64,000 nucleotides of DNA from an uncultured Methanosarcinaceae archaeon (GTDB taxonomy: Archaea; Halobacteriota; Methanosarcinia; Methanosarcinales; Methanosarcinaceae): positions 448,001 to 512,000 of the forward strand of contig CAWJYV010000008.1 of assembly GCA_963847185.1 (NCBI GenBank), written 5' to 3'. Below the pieces are notes generated by a model that saw only the letters and a program-made list of their open reading frames with translations, was not told where the DNA came from and searched no databases. Every line of letters begins with the position of its first letter. The first letter of the stretch is position 1. Position numbers and translations under genes: made by a program. Of this stretch, positions 54,047 through 64,000 are shown piece after piece.

Positions 54047-54616
54047 TTATCTGACGTATGTAATGAGGTTAGACTTCCTGTCAGGTATATCGACAACTTC
54101 TTCTTTCTTATACCCAAGCACAGCCGAATCGTAAGGCTTGTAGCCCTCAGGTATTTTCAGTTCCTTTCGCAATTCGGGACCTTGTGGTGAATAAAACGCT
54201 AACAGAACGAAGAAAATCCAACACGACCCCAGCCCGATTGACTCTGCGGCTAGTAGCAAGTTCTGAGTAGCGGCGGCGCAATCCGCGTCAAGAGGTATGG
54301 GTGCCTGCTCATTGCCAGAGATTATGACTAGTGTTGGTGCACCGTACAAACAATTGAACTTCTCATTATTTCCTAGTCCCTTTAAATGTTCAAAACCGTG
54401 TTGCTTAGCTGCTTCTTTAGCCGCAATATTCAGTCTGTCCAGCAGTTCCTTGTTTTGAATTACTGTAAAATGCCACGCCTGACCCCCGGCGTTAGGAGCA
54501 TACAACCCTGCTTCCAGCACTGCCTGCAATTCTTCCTCCTTGATCTGTTCATCTTTGAAGCTTCTGATACTCCTGCGCTGTTTAATGATTTTTAAAGTCT
54601 CATTGACAATCATCAA
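54047..54616 (-). CDS. Nitroreductase family protein
   Basis: RRSIRSF, APNAG.QAWHF, D.AAATQNLLLAAESIGLGSCW. Confidence 0.92.
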   Translation of the reverse strand: MMIVNETLKIIKQRRSIRSFKDEQIKEEELQAVLEAGLYAPNAGGQAWHFTVIQNKELLDRLNIAAKEAAKQHGFEHLKGLGNNEKFNCLYGAPTLVIISGNEQAPIPLDADCAAATQNLLLAAESIGLGSCWIFFVLLAFYSPQGPELRKELKIPEGYKPYDSAVLGYKKEEVVDIPDRKSNLITYVR

Positions 54617-55124
54617 AGAATCCCTCCTTTAGTTTTAATTTATAAGAAGAATATCCAGAGCCTTTGGAAGACTATACGTTATTCACTTTTAGCTGCTACT
54701 GGTCTTCTGTCAAACATATGAAGTATGAAAAACTTTTATTTGATTTGGTGGTTTTTAGAAATTTAAAGTTAACGTTGCCCATTATCCAGTTATAGAAATG
54801 GTTTGAATTTTAAGACAGCCTCTAAGGGATATTTCAATGCTACCCGAAGTTTTTACCATAGCAATGATATTGAAGTACCAGGGTCAGGTAGTAATAGAGT
54901 AAATTAAAGTAAAGTAGAGTAAATTAAAGTAAAGCGCTTGAAAAAAATAAAGACATCCCAATAAGGAATATTTACAAGAAGTCTTAAAAAGTCTTAAAAG
55001 TTTGTGCCCCATTGAAAAAAGTGAAAAGTTTGTTAGAACTATAAATTAGAATTTTTGTTAGTGAGTGCAGTTTAGAAATTGTTTTACCCTTTCGCGCTGC
55101 TCTCCGGTTTTTTCCGGGTATGGC

Positions 55125-55355
55125 TTAGGGCTTCTCTAAAGTCCTCGCTTGCATGGCCCTTACTTCTTCCAATCCAATTGCCTGTCCACCCACTCCCCAG
55201 CTTCCACTCTTTACTTCCTGGACTACTACCAATGTATAGTTACGGAGATTTTCTCCCATAAACGAGACTATAACGTCTGTCACGTCCTCGATAAGATTCT
55301 TGATCTCTTCCTCAGAGAATACCCCTTCAATGATTTTGATATCAACAAGTGGCAT
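55125..55355 (-). CDS. 4-oxalocrotonate tautomerase family protein
   Basis: MPLVDIKIIEG (catalytic Pro1 after Met removal), VVVQEV..GSWGVGG. Confidence 0.88.
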   Translation of the reverse strand: MPLVDIKIIEGVFSEEEIKNLIEDVTDVIVSFMGENLRNYTLVVVQEVKSGSWGVGGQAIGLEEVRAMQARTLEKP

Positions 55356-55861
55356 TTCTTTTACCCCCAATTTACCGTTTGGACTTTTATATCCGCGTTT
55401 TTATTTAATTATATCTTATTTTTCCTCTATAAATACACTATTTATAAAGAGAATCAGAATGTGTTTTTCAAGGGTTAGTCATTACTGAAGTTGAATCAAT
55501 CGTCCTAAATGAATACAACGCATTTAGAAGTAACAAGTACTTCAATGTGATATAGAGAACATGGACCATAGCTGTAATGATGCTCGTCTGCGAGAGGAAT
55601 AAAATTAAGTTGGATGCTCAGAATATTGAAAAGTTCATTAAAAGGATATTCTCTAAAGCAAAGACTATCAGATGAGTAAGAGAGGCATTGAAAAACAGTA
55701 CAAACGGATTTCAGAGAAGTATAAAGATGCTGACATTGATTGAAGATAAGTAATAAGGTTATTAAAATTTTAGTGGTGTTGTATGAGTAAATGAACAGCT
55801 TTCTTGAACTTCTCTTTTTCGATTTTCAATTCTTTATTAAAAAGTGAAGGTATTTGGGAAT

Positions 55862-56992
55862 TTATTTTGTACCTTCTACATCTTGTTTTCCATTATCATA
55901 ATTGTTAACTGTGCTTTTTAATTTGTCTGCATAGTCATATATGGAGTTCAAATCATCTATGGGAACTTTCTCTTCATCTTTATCTCCAGTAAACAAGCCT
56001 AGATATTTTTGCTTAGAATTGAAGTACATGCGGCAAATAGGTTTTCTGTTATTATCATCTAATAGCACACCGCAGTAAGATTTCTTATCCCTAATAGCAA
56101 TCCTTTTTAGATTTAAGCTTTCACGAAGAATAGCCTTGATAATATAGTATCCCTGTAGCTCTTCTTCAGTTGTCATAATTCCTTCTGGATTATTATCTGA
56201 AACATCAGATGAAGATGTCTCTTTGCCTTCGTTCAAACCTGAGGGTTGCAAATATTCCGTAGAATTGGAAGAAAGTGAATCCTCAGTCATAGCAAATTTT
56301 AGCCTTTCATTTATCCTATCATTAATGAACTGATTGAGAGCATTTTTTGTAAGAACAGTAAATTTTTCACGGACATTTTGAGTAAAAGGAGAATTAGTTA
56401 CTTTCTTAGTAAAATATTTAACAAACTCTTCAGAAGGAGAATTGATTTCATTAGCAAGTATCTGCTTAATTTCTTTTGTATATTTTAATTCACATGCTAC
56501 ATTTGCCAAATCGTCAATATTGAAGGATTCTTTCTTAAATCTCTTTAATTCATTTATCAGAGGTTCTTTGATGTCTAATAAGTTTATCTCCAAAAATGCT
56601 TTGTCATCCATTTTATTTGGAGCATCAATATCTGTATAAAAACGATATATAATTCCGTTTGTTAAAATTCCAATCTTTGCTTCACTTACAGTAAAATACC
56701 TGAAAAGTTGAGAGGCATATTCTTTATCCAGATCAGCACCAATATTTTTACATTCTATTAATATTATTGGTTTACCATCCTGAAGAATAGCGTAATCAAC
56801 TTTTTCCCCTTTCTTTGTGCCGTAATCAGTTGTAAATTCAGGAACAACTTCAGTAGGATCAAAAACATTGTATCCCAATATGTTTAAAAGAGGCATTACA
56901 AGAGCATTTTTTGTGGCTTCTTCAGTTTTGATACTTTCAGATAACTTTGGAATTTTTGCAGACAATACTTTTATTTGATCTATAAAATCCAT
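55862..56992 (-). CDS. Standalone HsdR-N-type PD-(D/E)xK nuclease protein
   Basis: TEEATKNALVMP, LGYNVFDPTEVVPEF, GEKVDYAI, IECK, LTNG..YRFYTD, LLDDNNRKPICR. Confidence 0.85.
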   Translation of the reverse strand: MDFIDQIKVLSAKIPKLSESIKTEEATKNALVMPLLNILGYNVFDPTEVVPEFTTDYGTKKGEKVDYAILQDGKPIILIECKNIGADLDKEYASQLFRYFTVSEAKIGILTNGIIYRFYTDIDAPNKMDDKAFLEINLLDIKEPLINELKRFKKESFNIDDLANVACELKYTKEIKQILANEINSPSEEFVKYFTKKVTNSPFTQNVREKFTVLTKNALNQFINDRINERLKFAMTEDSLSSNSTEYLQPSGLNEGKETSSSDVSDNNPEGIMTTEEELQGYYIIKAILRESLNLKRIAIRDKKSYCGVLLDDNNRKPICRMYFNSKQKYLGLFTGDKDEEKVPIDDLNSIYDYADKLKSTVNNYDNGKQDVEGTK

Positions 56993-57547
56993 TATTTTCT
57001 ACTCCTTTATGGAAAATTCTTCAAGGCCTAAAAATATCATAACATCTTTACAGATATATCTTCTGCTTTTTCTTTTATGTTCTTTCCTTTATTTTCAAAT
57101 CAAATTTTTCATCATTCAGTTTCAATAGAACACGAATTTTATCAGAGATTCTAGATCAATTATTGAAACGACAAAGAGAATAATAAGAGAAATAGAAAAT
57201 AATTCAAACAATTAATCTTTCTTTTTTTGAAGAACCTGTTGATAAGCTTTGAATCATCCAGATGTCATCAGTTAGGGTAACTAGCAGGGAAAATATCCAT
57301 GTAAGAACCTGAAATCTCCATTTTTAAGTTGAAGCAGTAGAAAGTAACTGACCGAAAAAATAATCTGTATTTCTACAGTTTGCGAGATTTCAATGAATAT
57401 TTTTGCACCTTTGATCCAATGGATCGAAGCTTTAAAAAATGGATATATGTATGATTAACTGCACACAGCAGTTAATATACATATTTTTAAGTAACTGGCA
57501 TGATAAGTATTAGTATATACCAGAGTAAATATTCTTTTTTAAGAGAA

Positions 57548-58927
<1,380 letters not shown>

Positions 58928-59063
58928 TTCTGGTTTAGAATCTTGGTTAGCTTTCCAAATTGAGATTGGGGGTCTGTTACTCTTTTTTCTTGTTCTGCTC
59001 TCTTAGGAAGACTAATTTATGATTTAGAATAAGTACTACTTTCGGGTGGGCGAAACAAAAAGT

Positions 59064-59441
59064 TTAGAAGAATGAGCCTCTAAATATCAGGAGGCTAAGG
59101 AGCATGAGAATAATTGCAAGGATTGTTACGGTCTTTGCACTTTCTTTGTCGCTTCCGAAGATGATGGGGATCGGACCGATCATTATTACTCCTCCTGTCT
59201 TGATTTCTGGCTCGATTTTTCTCACAGGAGGTTTCTCGTGGAAGGGTCCCTTAGAATCTGGAATGTTCTGAACGTCAGTTTTTTTTCCGAATGAGCTTTC
59301 TCTTTTTGAGTGATCCTGTTTCGATTCAGAGTCCCGGGGCGTTCCCAGGGATATACCAATTATGATTAGTATAAATCCGATGAGTATTATGAAGATTCCA
59401 ACCAAAAAAAGGGTAGTTCCTATCAACGTTTTATTCTCCAA
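59064..59441 (-). CDS. DUF131 / TIGR00304 membrane protein
   Basis: GGVIMIGPIPIIFGS motif. Confidence 0.87.
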   Translation of the reverse strand: MENKTLIGTTLFLVGIFIILIGFILIIIGISLGTPRDSESKQDHSKRESSFGKKTDVQNIPDSKGPFHEKPPVRKIEPEIKTGGVIMIGPIPIIFGSDKESAKTVTILAIILMLLSLLIFRGSFF

Positions 59442-59668
59442 ATGAATAGATAAAGGATCATTATTAATAGTCCGATCCCGAGCATACCTGTTGTTATCTC
59501 AGGCGAAGAGCCAAAGGCTATGGGAATTGGGCCAATCATAATTAACCCGCCAATCTGACTGGTTCCTGGATTTTGTGACGCTGTAAAGAGTGCTCCTAAA
59601 AATAATATCAGAAAACCTGCTAAGATGAGTGCTGCCCCTACTCTTAGAAAATCTTCAGATTTTTGCAT
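59423..59668 (-). CDS. DUF131 / TIGR00304 membrane protein
   Basis: GGLIMIGPIPIAFGS motif. Confidence 0.87.
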   Translation of the reverse strand: MQKSEDFLRVGAALILAGFLILFLGALFTASQNPGTSQIGGLIMIGPIPIAFGSSPEITTGMLGIGLLIMILYLFIWRIKR

Positions 59669-60320
59669 ATGAAATGATATATTTCTTTTATTATTAAATG
59701 TATCTTTGTTTGTTCCTGTGTCTGTTTTCTGGAAGGTATCTTTATACCTGATGCTCAGGTAATAAGGTATAAATGGAAAAGAAAGGTATGGGTCCTGAAA
59801 TAAATCCCAACATCGATATATATTATGCAGGTATCAGAAATGCTTTGTATCAGTAAGTAGTCTTATTGGATAAAAAGTGGGTTTCAGGTTTTGCAGGAAC
59901 TTATATATACCCTTTTTATATTTATAAGTTCATATTAATTCCCGGTATCTTAATATATCCTGTGAGAAGAGAACTCTTTAAATGTCATTCCTGCATTTGA
60001 TATGTGTGAGTTGTCATATGACGGGTTATCTTATGAAAAGATTGTTCTTTTCCTGATTTTTCCCGTTTTGGGCTTTACTTCTTGTAAAAGTCTGAATACT
60101 AATATCCTGTAATTTACTGATAAATATACAGGAATATTTACAGGTCTACAAATAACTACTTAAAGTTTGATTAGTGCAATGGGTAATAATCTGAATCTTA
60201 ATAAACTAACAATTCAGTTGACCTTCAATCGACTGATCCAGAAATCAACAATTCCAGAGTGAATTAACTTTTAAAACATGTTATCAAATTAATTTTATAC
60301 GACAAAACAGGTGTTTTCAA

Positions 60321-61562
60321 ATGTCAGACGACGGTACAATGAGATCTTCCCTGGAAGATATCAAAACCAGGGTAGAAGTAGAGCTTGAGTGTGGGGAGAT
60401 TAATGCTGAAGATGTGAAATCTCTCTTAACCGAAATAGAGATAATGAAGGTTCAGAATGAAAATATGAAGGCTCGGCTCCTTGAGGCAAGTGTGGCAACA
60501 GGCAGGCACCTTCAGGAAATCAACAAATTAAAAGCTCACCTGGAACAGCTTACTCAGCCTCCTCTTTTTATTGCAACCATTCTTGAGGTGAACGGAGAAA
60601 TTGCCCTTATCAGGCAGCACGGAAACAATCAGGAAGTACTTACCCAAATTCCTGATGAGTGCCTTGGAAAGATCGAACCCGGAATGAGGGTTGCTGTAAA
60701 CGGGGCTTACTCAATAATCTCCATAGTTAGCAGGGCAGCTGATGTTCGTGCTCAGGTTATGGAACTTATTAACTCTCCTGGTGTGGATTATAGCATGATT
60801 GGAGGGCTGGATGAGGTGCTTCAGGAAGTCCGAGAAAGCGTTGAATTGCCGCTCACGGAACCTGAACTCTTTGAAGACCTGGGAATTGAGCCTCCTTCCG
60901 GTGTTCTTCTCCACGGTGCTCCTGGAACTGGAAAAACCCTTATTGCAAAAGCTATAGCCTCCCAGGCGAAGGCAACTTTCATCCGCATGTCAGGTTCGGA
61001 CCTGGTCCAGAAGTTCGTTGGTGAAGGCTCAAGGCTTGTCAAAGATATTTTCCAGCTTGCCAGGGATAAGTCCCCAAGTATCCTATTTATAGATGAAATC
61101 GATGCTGTTGGTAGCATGAGAACTTATGACGGAACCAGCGGCTCGGCAGAAGTAAACAGGACAATGCTCCAGCTTCTTGCGGAGATGGACGGTTTTGATC
61201 CCAAGGGCAATGTAAAAGTGGTTGCTGCAACCAACAGGATTGACCTTCTTGATCCAGCTCTTCTCAGGCCTGGCAGATTTGACAGGTCTATTGAAGTTCC
61301 GCTTCCTGACGACATAGGCAGAATCGAGATCCTTAAAATCCATACCCGTAAGATGAACCTTGCCGATGATGTAGACTTTGAGAAACTTGCAAAGGTTATG
61401 GCAGGGAGAAGCGGGGCAGAGATCAGCGTAATTGTCAAAGAAGCCGGAATCTTTGTCCTGCGCAGGCGCGGGAAACAGATTGCCATGGCAGACTTCATGA
61501 AAGCCTATGACAAAGTCGTAAATATCAAGGAGCCTTCAATTCCTCATGCCATGTTCGTATAA
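60321..61562 (+). CDS. pan: Proteasome-activating nucleotidase
   Basis: N-terminal coiled coil + OB fold, GAPGTGKT, KFVGEG, FIDEID, LDPALLRPGRFDR. Confidence 0.94.
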   Translation: MSDDGTMRSSLEDIKTRVEVELECGEINAEDVKSLLTEIEIMKVQNENMKARLLEASVATGRHLQEINKLKAHLEQLTQPPLFIATILEVNGEIALIRQHGNNQEVLTQIPDECLGKIEPGMRVAVNGAYSIISIVSRAADVRAQVMELINSPGVDYSMIGGLDEVLQEVRESVELPLTEPELFEDLGIEPPSGVLLHGAPGTGKTLIAKAIASQAKATFIRMSGSDLVQKFVGEGSRLVKDIFQLARDKSPSILFIDEIDAVGSMRTYDGTSGSAEVNRTMLQLLAEMDGFDPKGNVKVVAATNRIDLLDPALLRPGRFDRSIEVPLPDDIGRIEILKIHTRKMNLADDVDFEKLAKVMAGRSGAEISVIVKEAGIFVLRRRGKQIAMADFMKAYDKVVNIKEPSIPHAMFV

Positions 61563-61682
61563 ATGATTTAAGAAAGCGAAAACTAAAATTAGATATTTTT
61601 CAACCTGAAGGAAAACTGCCTTTCAGTTGTGCCAGGGAGGTAAATCTCCTTCCATCACTCATTTTATTACAAGGGAGCGCAG

Positions 61683-62379
61683 AGGGTCACGAATACCCCA
61701 ACCTTTAGGTTGGGGATGAAGTGAACCCTCGCCTCTTCGTTTTTCTCTTTAAATCTCTAAATCATTACTTTTTTTGTAAAATGAGGTTTTTTTGGCACCA
61801 TGGCCACAGGTGGTGCCAGCCAGCCTATAGCCTGGATGTGATATGCGTTGGAATTGAACAGTTTTAGCCATGGCTATGGTCAGATAACTTACCATCTCGT
61901 TTTGGTGCCAAAGTATCGATACAATATATTCTACAATAAGCGAATTAAAAAGGATTGCGAGTTGATTCTCAACAATATTTGTATGGAGCAAGGCTACAAG
62001 ACTTCATGCTATGGAAATTGTAGATGATCACGTTCACTTGTTCGTGGAATTTCATCCAAGTAACTCTTTGTCAGAAGTAGTTCAATACTTGAAAGGAGGA
62101 AGTTCTTATAGACTTTTCAAGCTATCATCCTGAATTAAAGAAACGATATTGGGGTGGAAGTCTATGGTCAAGAGGAAAATTCTATCGATCAGTTGGAAAT
62201 GTAACAGCTGACACAATCAAACATTATATTAAGGAATCACAGAAGAAACCGAAAGAAGAGTTCTAAGTCTTCTGAATCAACGAAATTTGGTCAAAGAATA
62301 ATTGAAGATTTCTAACCCCAAAAAACCGGGCGTGCGGCCCGAAGCATACCCCATCCTTTAGGGTGGGGTGGCCGCACGC
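61683..62379 (+). mobile_element. IS200/IS605-family element, tnpA only
   Basis: Related subterminal hairpins TACCCCAACCTTTAGGTTGGGG and TACCCCATCCTTTAGGGTGGGG flank a Y1 transposase gene. Confidence 0.85.
61848..62315 (+). pseudogene. tnpA: IS200 Y1 transposase TnpA, three +1 insertions
   Basis: YHLVLVPKYR, DHVHLF (HUH), YLKGGSS, LWSRGKF..SVG, IKHYI after removing single bases near 62002, 62124 and 62264. Confidence 0.85.
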
Positions 62380-62467
62380 AATTTGATTTTTTTAGATGTC
62401 AGACGAAAGGTTTATATTTTATAAATTACTTGAAGATATGCTCTTAGGCAAAACGTAATAACAAGAT

Positions 62468-62542
62468 GCTCCGATAGTGTAGCTCGGCCAATCATTCAGG
62501 ACTCTCACTCCTGCGACTGGGGTTCAAATCCCCATCGGAGCA
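62468..62542 (+). tRNA. tRNA-Glu (CTC)
   Basis: GCTCCGA/TCGGAGC acceptor stem, CAGGA-CT CTC AC-TCCTG anticodon arm, GGTTCAAATCC T-arm; upstream TTTATA boxes. Confidence 0.96.
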
Positions 62543-62661
62543 CTTTTCTCTTTTATAGTTCTTTTGATGTTACATATTTAGGACTTATATTGTATTCGAA
62601 AATTCATGTATTAAATCCTTAACAGTCAATAGATTTAAATTTAAACCATACTGTTTATTAT

Positions 62662-62790
62662 GAACTCATCCCAGAACTCAAAATTGCTTCTCTGAATCCT
62701 ATATTCCGAATAACAAATCGAGTTCAAATCACGAAAAACAATTCTAAAAATTTAATTATTTGATAATAAAATTGGTTTTGGGATAAGCTC
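62662..62790. mobile_element. Putative MITE of about 130 bp
   Basis: Imperfect terminal inverted repeats GAACTCATCCCAGAAC / GTTTTGGGATAAGCTC (13 of 16 match), TA-rich flanks, no ORF. Confidence 0.45.
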
Positions 62791-62797
62791 TATATTT

Positions 62798-64000
62798 GGG
62801 GGTTCTCAAATTAGAATTTTGATTAAAAATTTATCCTTTTTTTCACTAACCTGGTCTGGAACGTACTTCTTTTTTTCAATTGCGATAGCTTTAAATATCA
62901 TAAAAATTGTCGCTTTCATGTGTAACAAAATATGATATATAAAGGAGTCCTCTTTGAGGACTCCCTCGAAAACTATCTGGGCAGAGAAAGTATCTCAATT
63001 TGCCAATTCCTGTACTTCCTCTGCATTGACGATATTTCAAAGCACGTAGAACGTGCTTTTTATACCAACAAGAGTTGGCACTTTAAGTATAGTGTTTCTT
63101 CTATGATAAAACTCTTTGTTGTGAAATGTTTCAGGAAACTTTCATATGATAAAACCATTTCTTCCCTAACAGAGGAAGAAGCTATTCTATCTTTTTTTGA
63201 TGAAAATGGTCAAATAAAACTTCCTTCAGGTGGAACCCTTCATCATTTTGTGAAATACAGGCTTGGAGAAGAAGGAATCAATGAGATTATGATGTTGCTA
63301 GGTGAAAAAATCCTTAAACTTTCATCTGAAAAGGAAGCCAAGATTGATTCTACCCCACTTGAAGCTTCAAGATACGATAAACACGCTGACTACAATCCAC
63401 ATTACGAGTGTAAAATGGATAAATCCCACATTACAATGGTTGGTACCTACCCTGTTATTATGACTTATACAAATGGTCTTGCATCTGATTCTCCAGAACT
63501 TATCAAACATATAGAAGCTTTGCAAAAAATGAATGCGAATATAGAATCATATTCTGCAGACGGAGGTTATGATTCATTTCTGAATCATGCGTATATATGG
63601 TTTCATCTTAAAGCAAAACCAGTTATTTCTTACGCATCAAATGCCGTAATCAATAAAGAAGGAAAAATGAAACGAATAGATCACTGGGTCAATAAAATGT
63701 GGAAAATAGGAGGAGATATTTAACGCAAAAATGGAAGACAAACTCGAATTTCTCTACAAAAACGGAAGGATGTTACAGGTTGGAATGTATCTGAGAAACC
63801 AGAATATCAACGATGATTCATTCAAAGAACTATATAAAAAGAGAGCTGAATGTGAAAAGATACATGGCCATATTAAGGATACAGTAAAATTCGACGTCAG
63901 AAAAGTAAGAAAGCAGAGTAGAAAATTATACTCACTCCTGAACTTCGTTGCAGTATCAGCTATTGGTGCTTACAGAATTGCAAAACAAAGTCCAAAACAG
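62798..64000 (+). mobile_element. DDE-type IS (IS5/IS1182-like) with transposase starting at 62932, frameshifted near 63720 and 63953; runs off window end
   Basis: KIDSTPLEA, SADGGYDS and, after the shift, YKKRAECEKIHGHIK (D-D-E). Left end probably GGGGGTTCTCAAATTAG. Confidence 0.8.

Noticed and set aside
55520-55790. C-terminal half of the integrase relic
   Set aside because: Only a vague resemblance (MDHS..DAR) with multiple stops; not supportable without a search.

Overview
Archaeal chromosomal window, almost certainly Methanosarcina (family-typical NosD/PKD/PGF surface proteins, F390 synthetase, class II photolyase, archaeal r-protein cluster). Most of it is housekeeping: proABC, ftsY-pfdA-rpl18a-eIF6-rpl31e-rpl39e-rps19e, purA, PAN, moaD/moeA, crcB pair, nikR and tRNA-Glu. 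It also carries oxidative/UV-stress genes, a dispersed lipid-linked-sugar glycosylation set (AglD-like GT2-flippase, DUF2298, Agl23-like GT-C, FAD oxidoreductase), a small accessory island next to an integrase relic (nitroreductase, 4-OT tautomerase, standalone HsdR-N nuclease) and an IS cluster around tRNA-Glu. The best signals that are not in the ORF track are non-coding: a two-hairpin H/ACA-type guide RNA (36455-36630) whose pockets match 23S rRNA helix 69, structured leaders before purA, rps19e, DUF3303 (possible pseudoknot) and DUF5350, an sRNA-like island between duplicated peroxiredoxins, and a NikR-type operator. Several single-base frameshifts, including one in purA, point to sequencing indels rather than true pseudogenes. 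No CRISPR array was seen. All family assignments come from motif recognition, not database searches.
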